Assembly (NCBI GenBank): GCA_000989515.1
Contig: LBOM01000003.1
Coordinates: 111,833 to 175,832 of the forward strand
DNA: 64,000 nt
Source: Candidatus Nomurabacteria bacterium GW2011_GWE1_32_28
Lineage (GTDB): Bacteria > Patescibacteriota > Minisyncoccia > Phycocordibacterales > UBA9973
Direction of reading: 5' to 3'
A program made the translations under genes and the position numbers. Under the pieces are notes generated by a model. That model was not told where the DNA came from, did no database searches, and worked only from the letters and a program-made list of their open reading frames with translations. The stretch's first letter is position 1, and each line of letters starts with the position of its first letter. Below, in pieces: positions 1 to 9,891 of this stretch.

Positions 1-1319
1 CGTATTTGCCTTACGAGAAAGTTGTAAATAATCTAGTCCAACATCAAGCATAAATTGAAGTCGTGCTTCTATCTCACGAACGACTGGTAGAGATATTTCT
101 TTTTCTTGCTCTGAAAGTTTTAATGTCTTAAAAAATTCTACTGCATCTTCTATTGAAAGAGAAGAAATCTCTAAAATATTTTTACGCTTACTTTCTGTTC
201 CAGTTGAATACAAAAAAACATTTAAGGCTTCTTTGCGTAATCGCGCACCATTACAACCATCACATGGTTCATCTCCAAGAAAATATTTTGAACCTAATCC
301 ATGACAAACTTCACAAGCACCATATGGAGAATTAAAAGAAAAAAGACGTGGCTCAATTTCTGGAAAGGAAAAACCATCATTTTTGCATGCAAATTTTGCA
401 GACATAGTAAATTCACCCATAACAGAAACATCCTCAGAGGAGTATTCGCTATAACCAGATAAATCTTGCCCTTCCAAGATAGTGTGCGAACGACGGCGAG
501 AATGTTTCTGTTCTGGGGAATCAAAAGATACAGTAACCAATCCATCAGATTCAACAAGAGCTCGTTCTAATGCTTCTGCTAGTCTCATTCGACTTTCATC
601 TTTATTATTAGAAAATTCATGTACAGCAAAACAATCAACCAAAATATCAATATTGTGTGCTTTGTTTTTTGATAAAACTATTTGTTCACGTAGTTTCTTT
701 GTCTTTCCATCTAAGCGGATTTCTGAAAAACCCTTACCAAGTAGATCATAAAGCAATTGATAATATTCTCCCTTGCGCCCACGAACAACTGGAGAAAAAA
801 TGCTAATCTTTGTTTCATCCCATTTTACCCCCATGACTGATTTTTTATTCTTTTTACTTTTTTCAAAAGTCTTAACTTTTTCTAAAACAAAATTTAAAAT
901 TTCTTCATTGGAAAGTTTTTTAATTTCTTCACCACACAATGGACAGTGTGGATGACCAATACGTGCATACATTACTCTTAAATAATCATATATTTCTGTT
1001 ATTGTCGCTACAGTAGAACGAGGATTATTAGAACGAGATTTTTGATCTATAGAAATAGCTGGTGAAAGTCCAGTGATTTCGTCCACATCTGGCTTTGGCA
1101 TTTGATTTAAAAATTGCCTTGCATAAGAAGACAATGATTCAATATATCTTCTCTGCCCTTCGGCAAAGATGGTATCAAAAGCAAGAGAAGATTTTCCAGA
1201 ACCAGACACACCAGTAATTGCTACCATACTATTACGTGGTATCTCAATACTTATATTCTTTAGGTTGTGGGTTCTAGCCCCCTTAATTATTATTTTATCT
1301 ATATTTTTATCTGATTTCA
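1..1319 (-). CDS. uvrA: Excinuclease ABC subunit A, N-terminal part (runs off window start)
   Basis: Minus-strand translation from the ATG at 1317-1319 reads [30 protein letters not shown]...[34 protein letters not shown]...[10 protein letters not shown], which are classic UvrA N-terminal motifs. It is absent from the ORF track because there is no stop inside the window. It carries an in-frame GC-rich insertion at ~435-500. Confidence 0.85.
435..500 (-). repeat. Family-A GC-rich inserted element, in-frame in uvrA (encodes ...[23 protein letters not shown]...)
   Basis: ~66 nt GC-rich patch in an AT-rich gene. It is near-identical to 6705-6775 (polA) and 50836-50900 (cca). It contains the small hairpin ATCTTG-N6-CAAGAT. 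Confidence 0.7.
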
Positions 1320-1407
1320 TATAAATTTACTTTATACTTCTATACATAACAAAACTAACCCCGCCATCGTCCATAGGGGGTGTCTATCAATACAATTTAA
1401 CATATTG

Positions 1408-3660
1408 TTATTTTTTCTCCAATCGTGTTTTTAATACAACTATCTCATCGCGAAGTATTGCGGCTGTCTCGAAATCTAGTTCTTTAACTGCTTTATTCAT
1501 TTCTTTCTCTTTCATTTTTATTATTTTTTCATAGACAATTTTATTTCTTTCTTCATCTGAAAGCATTGTATTTTTTATAGAATCTGACTCATTTTTCCCC
1601 TTATTACTTTTATCTTTTATGAATGCTTTTTTAAACAATTCAATATCTAATTGAAGTTCTGTATTTACAGCTTTTCCATGTTCGCTTTCCATTTCTTGTG
1701 TGATATCTTTTATTTTTTTTATTATCGTTTTTGGAGTGATTCCATGTTTTTTATTATAAGCAAGTTGAATATTACGACGTCGAACAGTCTCTTCTATCGC
1801 CCTCTCCATAGAACCAGTAACTATATCTGCATAAAGAATAACTTTACCTTCACTATTACGAGCTGCACGTCCAATGGTTTGTATCAATGCTGTGTCTGAA
1901 CGCAGAAATCCTTCTTTGTCAGCATCCAATATTCCTATCAATGCTACTTCAGGTAAATCAAGTCCTTCGCGAAGAAGATTTACCCCCACCAAAACATCAA
2001 ACTCTCCTTTTCTAAATTGTGTTAATATTTTTATTCTATCTATTGTTTTTACATCACTATGTAAATATTCTGCTTTAATTTTTTTTTCTTTTAGATAAAG
2101 AGACAAATCTTCTGCCATTTTTTTTGTAAGCGTAGTCGCCAAAACTCGAAAACCTTTTTTAATTGTTTTTTCTGCTTCTTTTATAAAATCCTGAATCTGA
2201 CCAGGAAAAGGCAAAGACTTTTCTTTTTGGGGTGTCTCGCAGACTGACGAGTCGAGAGGCAGCGCTGAGCGAGCACGCTCAGACAGCGACCCCAAAAAGG
2301 AAGATTCTTTGCCTTTTCCTAAAATCATTTTTTCTGAAATTGGACGAACTAAAATCTCAGGATCTATAAGCCCTGTCGGACGAATAATTTGTTCTACCAT
2401 TTGTTCACTTAATGTGCGCTCTTGTTCGCTTGGTGTAGCGCTAGTATAGATAACTGGCCCTATCTTTTTACTAAATTCTTCATATTTTAAAGGTCTATTA
2501 TCTTTAGCAGAAGGTAAACGAAAACCATATTCTACAAGAGTATTCTTGCGAGAAGCATCTCCTGCATACATTCCCTGAAGTTGCGGTAATGTCACATGTG
2601 ATTCATCTATGATAGTTAAAAAATCAGGTTCCCCTTCACCTGGTGACGGGGAAAAGTGTGGAAAATAAGATAATAATGTCTCTGGTGGCTCACCTTCTTT
2701 TTTGTCAGACAAATGACGAGAATAATTTTCTATACCATTACAATAACCAACTTCTTTTATCATCGCCAGGTCATAATTTGTTCTTCTTTTTATTCTCTCA
2801 GCTTCTAAGAGCTTTCCTTCTTTCTCAAATTTTTTTAATTGTTTTGTTAATTCTTTTTTTATTTCTATTAAAGCCTTTTTCTTTTTAACATCCTCAGTAA
2901 TAAAATGTTTTGTTGGAAAAATAAAAATTTCTTCTTCTTCTTTTATTATCTGCGAAGAAATAGGGTCAATTTTTTTTATTTCTGATATTTTATTATTTAA
3001 TATTTCTATCTGATACATTATAGTATCTGAAACTGGCATAAATTCAACACGAGAGCCAATAGATCGAAATTGTCCAGGACTTAGGTCTGCATTTGTACGC
3101 TCAAAATGAATTTCAATCAATTTTTTCATTAAAGTCATTCTATCTATCTTCCTTTTAATCTTTAATTTTAAATTAACCTTTTTATATTCTTCAGGGGAAC
3201 CCAAACCATAAATACAAGAAACAGACGCAACTATTATTACATCACGTCTTGTAAGTAGTGCAGCTGTAGTAGCATGACGTAGGCGATCTATCTCTTTATT
3301 TATTTGTGCATCTTTTTCAATATAAGTATCAGAAGCCGGCATGTAAGCTTCTGGTTGATAATAATCATAATAAGACACAAAATAATGTACAGCAGCACTT
3401 GGAAAAAATTCTCTAAATTCAGAAGCAAGCTGTGCTGCAAGAGTTTTATTATGTGCTATTACAAGAGTCGGTTTATTATATTTTGCTATTACATTAGCAA
3501 TAGTAAAAGTCTTACCGGTCCCTGTGGCACCTATCAATGTCTGTTTGCTCATCCCTTTTTTAAGTCCATCTAAAAGCTCTAAAATAGCCCTAGGTTGATC
3601 ACCTGCGGGCTGAAATGGATTGTGTAATTTAAAAATATTTTTTTCTTTTTTTTGAATCAT
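1408..3660 (-). CDS. uvrB: Excinuclease ABC subunit B
   Basis: 750 aa. N-terminus HNPFQPAGDQPRAILELLDGL...LIGATGTGKTFTIANVI plus helicase motifs and a C-terminal UvrB/UvrC interaction helix (ILRDEIVVLK). It contains a GC-rich in-frame insertion at 2224-2298. Confidence 0.95.
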   Translation of the reverse strand: MIQKKEKNIFKLHNPFQPAGDQPRAILELLDGLKKGMSKQTLIGATGTGKTFTIANVIAKYNKPTLVIAHNKTLAAQLASEFREFFPSAAVHYFVSYYDYYQPEAYMPASDTYIEKDAQINKEIDRLRHATTAALLTRRDVIIVASVSCIYGLGSPEEYKKVNLKLKIKRKIDRMTLMKKLIEIHFERTNADLSPGQFRSIGSRVEFMPVSDTIMYQIEILNNKISEIKKIDPISSQIIKEEEEIFIFPTKHFITEDVKKKKALIEIKKELTKQLKKFEKEGKLLEAERIKRRTNYDLAMIKEVGYCNGIENYSRHLSDKKEGEPPETLLSYFPHFSPSPGEGEPDFLTIIDESHVTLPQLQGMYAGDASRKNTLVEYGFRLPSAKDNRPLKYEEFSKKIGPVIYTSATPSEQERTLSEQMVEQIIRPTGLIDPEILVRPISEKMILGKGKESSFLGSLSERARSALPLDSSVCETPQKEKSLPFPGQIQDFIKEAEKTIKKGFRVLATTLTKKMAEDLSLYLKEKKIKAEYLHSDVKTIDRIKILTQFRKGEFDVLVGVNLLREGLDLPEVALIGILDADKEGFLRSDTALIQTIGRAARNSEGKVILYADIVTGSMERAIEETVRRRNIQLAYNKKHGITPKTIIKKIKDITQEMESEHGKAVNTELQLDIELFKKAFIKDKSNKGKNESDSIKNTMLSDEERNKIVYEKIIKMKEKEMNKAVKELDFETAAILRDEIVVLKTRLEKK
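2224..2298 (-). repeat. Family-B GC-rich palindromic element, in-frame in uvrB
   Basis: tttttggggtgtctcgcagactgacgagtcgagaggcagcgctgagcgagcacgctcagacagcgaccccaaaaa has 10-bp terminal inverted repeats TTTTTGGGGT/ACCCCAAAAA. The core matches the reverse complement of 43124-43188 inside uvrD. Confidence 0.7.
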
Positions 3661-3684
3661 ATCCGTAAAAAATATTTTAATTAT

Positions 3685-3810
3685 TTATTGAAGATAGAGA
3701 CCTTCATCGGGAAAACTATCATATGCTCTTACTACAATCATATAAGCAAAAAGGGAGGCTATTATTGTAAGAATAAGCATATACATTAATGATTTGTTAA
3801 GTAATGACAT
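3685..3810 (-). CDS. Possible 41-aa small hydrophobic protein upstream of uvrB
   Basis: ATG..TAA ORF translating to MSLLNKSLMYMLILTIIASLFAYMIVVRAYDSFPDEGLYLQ, which is TM-like. It is below the ORF-track size cutoff and has no homology support. Confidence 0.2.
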   Translation of the reverse strand: MSLLNKSLMYMLILTIIASLFAYMIVVRAYDSFPDEGLYLQ

Positions 3811-3929
3811 TGCTATTTTAGTCTATCATTTATTTGTTACATTGTTAATATTTTTTAAATTACCTTGATTTTTGGTACTTTTTATTATATATTTGAATTA
3901 TTCTGTTTTTTGTGTGAAAATAAAAAAAT

Positions 3930-3958
3930 GCGCCCGTAGTTCAGTTGTAGCGGATTCA
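3930..3958 (+). pseudogene. tRNA 5' fragment (acceptor + D-arm copy of tRNA-Lys) 45 nt upstream of the intact tRNA-Lys
   Basis: gcgcccgtagttcagttgtagcgg matches gcgcccgtagctcagctggtagagca at the 5' end, then diverges with no anticodon or T arm. Confidence 0.4.
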
Positions 3959-4002
3959 ACTAACTACTCACAAAATGTTATTATTGTGTATAAGTAAGAA
4001 AT

Positions 4003-4075
4003 GCGCCCGTAGCTCAGCTGGTAGAGCAGATCCCTTTTAAGGATAAGGTCCTCGGTTCGATCCCGAGCGGGCGCA
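4003..4075 (+). tRNA. tRNA-Lys (anticodon UUU)
   Basis: Cloverleaf: acceptor GCGCCCG/CGGGCGC, D-arm AGCTCAGCTGGTAGAGC, anticodon loop CTTTTAA, T-arm CTCGGTTCGATCCCGAG, discriminator A. No CCA is encoded. Confidence 0.85.
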
Positions 4076-4106
4076 CAGAATTAAGAGAGACCTACTATAT
4101 AAATTT

Positions 4107-4754
4107 TTAAAAAGCCTCAAGTAAAAACTGTTCAAAAACAGACTCAGCATCTTTTGCTTCTTTTCTTGCTTCAGGTAATAAATAAGAAATTTTTGATATA
4201 AATTCTACAAGCTCTCTTTCAGAAAATTTTTTAAAGTCTTTTTTAAGAATCATATCTTTAGCTTTCCAAAAAAGAATACCAACAAGTTCCTCCATTCCCA
4301 CACCAACATTTATCGCTTGTCTAAAATGAATCCATAAATTTAATTTATCTCTTTTTTCAAAATCATATGCTAATAAAAAATTATTATACTTCTCTTTCTT
4401 TTCTTTTGATAATTCAAAAATATTAATTTCTGCTTTATTTTTTTTAAAAACATCTAAAATAGGTTTGCTTAATTTACTTTCTAAAAAAACAAAATCATTA
4501 TTAGATTCACTCATTAAATCTAATTTACTTAAAACAAAACTCAATATATCTTCTCTTTCAAAAATATTTGTAAAAACAACAATGCACTTGGCAAAAAAAA
4601 GTCCTGCCCCAGAATAAAAACTTTCCACAGTCATTGATTCAAAATTATTTTTACCAATAAAAAAAACCTCCATGTCACCTGAAATAGATTTTAAAAAAAT
4701 ATCATACCCGTTATGTTTATTTTTGGCGTCATCACCACAAAAAAGATAAATCAT
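4107..4754 (-). CDS. holA: DNA polymerase III delta subunit-like (short)
   Basis: 215 aa. The MIYLFCGDD start and overall helical pattern resemble HolA. Weak similarity only. Confidence 0.45.
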   Translation of the reverse strand: MIYLFCGDDAKNKHNGYDIFLKSISGDMEVFFIGKNNFESMTVESFYSGAGLFFAKCIVVFTNIFEREDILSFVLSKLDLMSESNNDFVFLESKLSKPILDVFKKNKAEINIFELSKEKKEKYNNFLLAYDFEKRDKLNLWIHFRQAINVGVGMEELVGILFWKAKDMILKKDFKKFSERELVEFISKISYLLPEARKEAKDAESVFEQFLLEAF

Positions 4755-4755
4755 C

Positions 4756-5244
4756 TTAAAATTTAACTGCTTTTTTATACTCTATATATGAATCACCATA
4801 TTTAAGAGTTAAAACTTCTTCCTCTTTTTTTATAAAAACTAATTTAGTAACAACAAAAGAAATTACTGAAATAATAATTAAAAATAAAGCATTTGCTAAA
4901 ATCCCAAAACCAAACATTAAAAAGAAAAGTCCAAAATGTGTTGGGGTCCTAGTATAACGATAAGGTCCACAAAAAAACATTTCTTTTTTAGAATTATCTA
5001 CTTTTAATTTGTGAGAAGACTTTTGTGACCAAATTATTAAAAAAGTTCCAAAAACTAAAAACACAAAACCTGTCGAGAGAATGGCAAGATTTTCAAAAAC
5101 TATAAGTGGAAAGATAAAATCTAGCAAAAGACCCACTAAAAATGAAACGAAAAAAAACAAATAGGAGTGTACTAAAATTCTATGTACTCTATTTTTATGA
5201 ATACTAATGTTATTAAATTCTTCTACTTTGTCTTCTATGTCCAT
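4756..5244 (-). CDS. Isoprenylcysteine carboxyl / phospholipid methyltransferase-family membrane protein
   Basis: 162 aa, multiple TM helices, with motif GPYRYTRTPTHFG matching the ICMT/PEMT signature (GxYxxVRHPxY). Confidence 0.55.
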   Translation of the reverse strand: MDIEDKVEEFNNISIHKNRVHRILVHSYLFFFVSFLVGLLLDFIFPLIVFENLAILSTGFVFLVFGTFLIIWSQKSSHKLKVDNSKKEMFFCGPYRYTRTPTHFGLFFLMFGFGILANALFLIIISVISFVVTKLVFIKKEEEVLTLKYGDSYIEYKKAVKF

Positions 5245-5269
5245 ATAATAATTATATCACAAAAAACAG

Positions 5270-7762
5270 CTACTTAACTTCTCCAAAATTATTTCCAAAA
5301 CCAGAATGTACTATCAATGGAATGTCTGTTTTATATTGCAAATAAGATCTCTGAAGAACAGATTCCATTGCATTTTTAATAATTATCTCGACATTTTCAA
5401 GAATATCTTCTTCTACTTCATAAACTAATTCATCGTGTATCTGAAGAACAAGATGGGCTTTCTCTAAAAATCCTTCCCTCTTTAAATCTTCTTCAGAATA
5501 TCTTATCGCGAGTTTTATTATATCAGCAGTCGCTGTACCCTGAATTGGTGCATTGATGGCTGTGCGTTCAGCCATATTTTTTAAAAATGGAATTCTAGAA
5601 TTTATATTAGGAAAGTATCTTCTTCTATTAAACAATGTCTCTGTATATAAATGTCTTGTCGCAAAAATCTTTACACTTTCTAAATAATTTTTTACACCAG
5701 AAAATTGATTAAAATAATTATCATAAAATTTCTGTGCTTCTTCACGAGTACCACCTAAGCTCTTGCGTAAAGATGAAACACCCATACCATAAATAATTCC
5801 AAAATTTATTACTTTTGCCTTACGGCGCATCTCACCATCTACTTTTTCAAGTGGAACACCAAAAACAAAAGAAGCTACTCCAGAATGAATGTCTTTACCA
5901 TCACAAAATATTTGTGTCATTTTTGGGTCTCCCGAGAGCATAGCAGCGACACGAAGCTCTATTTGACTATAATCAAAAGTCAAAAGTTTATATCCTTTTC
6001 CTGCTATAAAACCATTTCGTATCTTTTTACCTAATTCTGTTTTAATAGGTAAATTTTGCAAATTTGGATCTTGAGAAGAAAATCTCCCCGTTGTTGTGCC
6101 GTTTTGTAAAAATTTTGCATGCAAACGATCATCTTCATCTGTCATTTTAGGAATTACATCAATATAAGTAGAAAGTAATTTCTGTAATTCTCTATAAGCT
6201 AATATTTCTTTTATTATTGGATTATTTTCTTCAAGTTCTTCTAATACAGAAACTTTTGTAGAAAAAGACCCACTCGCATTTTTCTTTTTGCTTGATTTCA
6301 TTCCCATTTTATCAAACAAAACTTCTCCTAATTGTTTTGGGGAATTTATGTTAAATTCTAAACCAGACATCTTATATATCTTTTGAGTTAATTTATCTAA
6401 TTCCTTGTGATACTCTTTTGATAAATTTTCAAAATATTTCTTATCTATCAGAATTCCATGGTCCTGCATTTTTTTTACCATGGGTATTATAGGTTTTTCT
6501 ATTTCTTTATATATTTTTTCTAATCCCTTATCTTTTAATTCTTTAAACACATATTCTTTTGCTATTTCAAAAGAATCAGTATTTGCATAATGCAAAACAT
6601 CATCTAGTGTTGGATTTGTAATATCTGAATTTATAATCCAAAGTGCAATTGCTGTTTCTTGTAATTTGTTTTTATCTATAATAATTGGCTTTTGGTGGAC
6701 GTGCTCAGAGGAGTATTCGCTACTACCAGATAAATCTTGCCCTTCCAAGATAGAGTGCGAACGACGGCGAGCATCGTCGCCAGAAGCCAAATTATTATTT
6801 TCATCAAAAAAACTTTTTAATCTTGAATATAGACTTCTAAATTCAAACACTGAAAACATATTTTCAATTTTTTTCAAATCTGCATTCTCCCAAAAAGTTT
6901 TTTCTTGTAATTTAAAATCAACAGGTGCATCAGTTCTTATTTTTGCTAATGTTTTTGAAAATAAAGCTTCTTCTTCGTTATCTTTCAAAAGTTGTATTAT
7001 ACGATCTGTAAGTCCTAATTTTTTAAATTCTAATTCGTAATTCGTAATTCGTAATTGTCTATAAATTTCTTCTATTGTTCCAAAATTAACAATCAAATTC
7101 GTCGCCGTCTTCTCACCAATTCCTTTAATACCAATAATATTATCAGATGGATCTCCTCTCAATCCTTTATAGTCTGGCAACAACTTCGGTTTAAAACCAA
7201 ACCTATCAATCATTTTTTCTTCATCATATAAAATAGTGTCATTAATCCCCTTCTTTAAAGTATAAACTTGTACTTTTTTACCATCAACTAATTGCATCGT
7301 GTCCATATCTCCTGATGCAATAATTATATTTATATCTGGAATTTTTTTTCCGCCAGAGGCGGATCCGCCTCTGGCGGAAATTTTCTCTACAATCGTACCT
7401 AATACATCATCAGCCTCAAAGCCTGGCGCATCATAAATAGGAATATTAAATGCATCAAAGATTTGTCGAGAGTTTTTTAGTTGTAAAATTAAAGCATCTT
7501 CAGTTTTTGCTCTCCCTAATTTATACCCATCGTATGCTTCATGCCTAAAAGTCTTTTGCGGTAAATCATAACAAGCAACAATATAATCTGGTTTTAGATC
7601 AGTAATTATTTTCATTAACATACTAGAAAGACCATACAATGCCCCAGTAGGCTCACCCTTAGAAGACAAAAACTCAGGCAATGCATGATAAGCACGATGT
7701 ATTATCGCATGAGCATCTAATAATACTAATGTTTTTGATAAATTTTTATTATTTTTGACCAT
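5270..7762 (-). CDS. polA: DNA polymerase I (5'-3' exonuclease plus polymerase domains; 3'-5' exo domain reduced)
   Basis: 830 aa. N-terminal 5' nuclease (LVLLDAHAIIHRAYHAL...) and C-terminal pol motifs (DYSQIELR, RRKAKVINFGIIYGM, QIHDELVYEV). It carries three foreign in-frame segments: a perfect palindrome at 7347-7380, a family-A element at 6705-6775 and a heptad repeat at 7026-7057. Confidence 0.95.
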   Translation of the reverse strand: MVKNNKNLSKTLVLLDAHAIIHRAYHALPEFLSSKGEPTGALYGLSSMLMKIITDLKPDYIVACYDLPQKTFRHEAYDGYKLGRAKTEDALILQLKNSRQIFDAFNIPIYDAPGFEADDVLGTIVEKISARGGSASGGKKIPDINIIIASGDMDTMQLVDGKKVQVYTLKKGINDTILYDEEKMIDRFGFKPKLLPDYKGLRGDPSDNIIGIKGIGEKTATNLIVNFGTIEEIYRQLRITNYELEFKKLGLTDRIIQLLKDNEEEALFSKTLAKIRTDAPVDFKLQEKTFWENADLKKIENMFSVFEFRSLYSRLKSFFDENNNLASGDDARRRSHSILEGQDLSGSSEYSSEHVHQKPIIIDKNKLQETAIALWIINSDITNPTLDDVLHYANTDSFEIAKEYVFKELKDKGLEKIYKEIEKPIIPMVKKMQDHGILIDKKYFENLSKEYHKELDKLTQKIYKMSGLEFNINSPKQLGEVLFDKMGMKSSKKKNASGSFSTKVSVLEELEENNPIIKEILAYRELQKLLSTYIDVIPKMTDEDDRLHAKFLQNGTTTGRFSSQDPNLQNLPIKTELGKKIRNGFIAGKGYKLLTFDYSQIELRVAAMLSGDPKMTQIFCDGKDIHSGVASFVFGVPLEKVDGEMRRKAKVINFGIIYGMGVSSLRKSLGGTREEAQKFYDNYFNQFSGVKNYLESVKIFATRHLYTETLFNRRRYFPNINSRIPFLKNMAERTAINAPIQGTATADIIKLAIRYSEEDLKREGFLEKAHLVLQIHDELVYEVEEDILENVEIIIKNAMESVLQRSYLQYKTDIPLIVHSGFGNNFGEVK
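6705..6775 (-). repeat. Family-A GC-rich inserted element, in-frame in polA (encodes ...[25 protein letters not shown]...)
   Basis: Near-identical to 435-500 (uvrA), in the same orientation relative to the coding strand. Confidence 0.7.
7026..7057 (-). repeat. (AATTCGT)n heptad tandem repeat, in-frame in polA (encodes LRITNYELEF)
   Basis: aattctaattcgtaattcgtaattcgtaattg. It belongs to the dispersed heptad family seen in intergenic regions and other genes across the window. Confidence 0.8.
7347..7380 (-). repeat. 34-bp perfect GC-rich palindrome inside polA (encodes ISARGGSASGGKKI)
   Basis: TTTCCGCCAGAGGCGGATCCGCCTCTGGCGGAAA is a perfect inverted repeat centred on GGATCC. Confidence 0.8.
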
Positions 7763-7827
7763 TCTTTGTATTATAGCATTTTTACAGTTGGTTATTCACC
7801 ATAAAATATTGTATTATTAAAAGATAA

Positions 7828-9525
7828 ATGACGATATTTGACGAAGAAAAACAAAATAAACAATTAAATGAAATACGAAAACAAGAAGAAGAAGAACTCG
7901 TGGCCGTGTTGGCAGAATCAAAATATAAATTACCATATATTGATTTGTCTCGTTTGGGCATAGACAATGAGGCACTTAGACATATTTCTGAAAAAGATGC
8001 TCGTGAATTAAAAATTGGGCCCTTTAAACTTTTTGGTAAAAATATTTTTATAGCAATACATTCTCCTTCAGATAATCTCTTAATAAAATTAAAAGACGAA
8101 ATGGAAAGACAAAACTTAATTCCTACTTTTTATATGGTATCTACAGCTTCTTTGGAAAAAATTTGGGATAGATATAGTGAGCTTTCTTCTGCAGAAAATT
8201 CAAAGATTGGAGGTATTGATATTTCTGGAGAAGTTTTAAATAAAATTTCAAAAGATATAAAAATAATAGATGATATAGAAAAATTAATTACAGACACAAT
8301 GTCTGGGAGCTCTGTACACAAAATCTCTCATCTACTAGAAATAATATTAGCAGGAGCAATATCTATAAAAGCATCTGACATACACATAGAACCAGAAAAA
8401 GACAGAAGCAGATTGAGACTTAGACTGGATGGAATACTTCATGATGTTATATTTTTTGAAAATAATATTTATCATTTACTTAATTCACGAATTAAACTTT
8501 TATCTGGATTAAAATTAACTTCAAAAATAGCACAAGACGGACGTTTTAGTATTATGGAAGAAAAAGAAGAATTAAATATACGTACTTCTCTTATTCCCGG
8601 TGCCTATGGTGAATCAATAGTTATGAGAATTCTTGACCCAAAATCCATTCAGGTAAAGCTTGAGGAAATGGGAATAGAGCCTTTTTTGTTTTCTGTTATA
8701 GAAAAAGAAATAACAAAACCAAATGGAATGATTTTAGTTACAGGTCCTACTGGTTCAGGAAAAACGACTACACTATATGCTTTTTTAAGAAAAATATATT
8801 CACCAGAAATTAAAATAATAACAATTGAAGACCCAATAGAATATCATCTAAATGGAATAACACAGACACAAACAAACTCAGAAAAAGGATACACTTTTTT
8901 AGAAGGACTACGTTCGGCTCTACGCCAAGATCCAGATGTTGTCATGGTTGGAGAAATACGCGACATAGAAACTGCAAAAACTGCCATAGAATCAGCATTA
9001 ACTGGGCATATGGTATTCTCTACTCTTCACACCAACAATGCAGCTGGTGTCATTCCACGTTTAATTGATCTTGGTGTAAATCCTAAAATAATGGTCTCAG
9101 CATTATCATTATCAATAGCTCAACGTTTAGTGCGCAAACTTTGTTCGTCTTGTAAAATAGAAAAAATTCCAACAGAAAAAGAAACAACAACAATAAAACT
9201 AGTAATGGACAGCATAAAAGAAGAAGGAAAAAATCTTTTAAATTATAATATAAACCCAGATAATCCAATAAAATTATTTTCTCCTGTAGGTTGTGAAAAA
9301 TGCAACATGATAGGCTATAGAGGACGAGTAGGTATTTTTGAAGCTATTAAAACAGACGAGGCTATAGAAAAAATAATGCCACAAAACCCAAGTGAAAGAG
9401 AAATTAAAAAAGTTGCCAGGGCACAAGGAATACTTTCAATGCGCCAAGATGGTGTAGTAAAAATATTAAATGGTATCACATCTCTTGAGGAAGTATTAAG
9501 CGTCGTTGATCTAAATGAAGAATAA
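7828..9525 (+). CDS. pilB: Type IV pilus / type II secretion assembly ATPase (GspE/PilB family)
   Basis: 565 aa. Walker A LVTGPTGSGKTTTLYAFL, Asp/His boxes, and C-terminal tetracysteine CSSC...CEKC. Confidence 0.85.
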   Translation: MTIFDEEKQNKQLNEIRKQEEEELVAVLAESKYKLPYIDLSRLGIDNEALRHISEKDARELKIGPFKLFGKNIFIAIHSPSDNLLIKLKDEMERQNLIPTFYMVSTASLEKIWDRYSELSSAENSKIGGIDISGEVLNKISKDIKIIDDIEKLITDTMSGSSVHKISHLLEIILAGAISIKASDIHIEPEKDRSRLRLRLDGILHDVIFFENNIYHLLNSRIKLLSGLKLTSKIAQDGRFSIMEEKEELNIRTSLIPGAYGESIVMRILDPKSIQVKLEEMGIEPFLFSVIEKEITKPNGMILVTGPTGSGKTTTLYAFLRKIYSPEIKIITIEDPIEYHLNGITQTQTNSEKGYTFLEGLRSALRQDPDVVMVGEIRDIETAKTAIESALTGHMVFSTLHTNNAAGVIPRLIDLGVNPKIMVSALSLSIAQRLVRKLCSSCKIEKIPTEKETTTIKLVMDSIKEEGKNLLNYNINPDNPIKLFSPVGCEKCNMIGYRGRVGIFEAIKTDEAIEKIMPQNPSEREIKKVARAQGILSMRQDGVVKILNGITSLEEVLSVVDLNEE

Positions 9526-9526
9526 A

Positions 9527-9557
9527 AAAGTTGGTAGTATAAATACAACCAACTTTA
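9527..9557. terminator. Hairpin between convergent pilB and the 9555-9749 ORF
   Basis: AAAGTTGGT-N13-ACCAACTTT stem followed by an AT-rich tract. Modest stability. Confidence 0.4.
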
Positions 9558-9749
9558 ATAATTATTTAATTTTCTTTCTAAAATTTTGAAAAATACTCCT
9601 TCCTTCTTTAAAAAGGCCAAAATATTTCCAGTATTAACCTCTTCTATTTTTATTAAAGATATATCCTTTCCTTTCAAAATTTCAGCAAGACTTTTAAGCT
9701 TCCTGCTTAAAAGGAAATCTTCGTCAGAAGAATAGATTGAGTTACACAT
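9555..9749 (-). CDS. Hypothetical small protein
   Basis: 64-aa ORF with no recognisable motif. Confidence 0.25.
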   Translation of the reverse strand: MCNSIYSSDEDFLLSRKLKSLAEILKGKDISLIKIEEVNTGNILAFLKKEGVFFKILERKLNNY

Positions 9750-9855
9750 ATATACTCCAATTTGTTTTTATAATTTAAAAAACTATTTTTTATATCTACT
9801 TAAAGAATAAACCAATTATTCAACAAAGTTAATTTTTTTAACGTTTATCTTATAA

Positions 9856-9884
9856 TTGAGACTTTTTGTAAAATCTGTTAAAAT
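9856..9884 (+). promoter_or_regulatory. Sigma70-like promoter for the 9892 gene
   Basis: TTGAGA, 17-nt spacer, TAAAAT. The -10 ends 7 nt before the ATG, giving a leaderless-type arrangement. Confidence 0.4.
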
Positions 9885-9891
9885 ATGAAAT

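Noticed and set aside
153-955. Plus/minus ORFs of 60-89 aa at the window start
   Set aside because: They overlap the uvrA coding region, which is clearly readable on the minus strand with UvrA motifs. These are frame shadows.
3930-3958. Functional tRNA with intron
   Set aside because: No anticodon stem, T arm or 3' acceptor strand can be paired. Only the 5' 24 nt resemble tRNA-Lys.
6666-7040. 124-aa plus-strand ORF inside polA
   Set aside because: It is antisense to polA. It includes the GC-rich family-A element, which explains the open frame.
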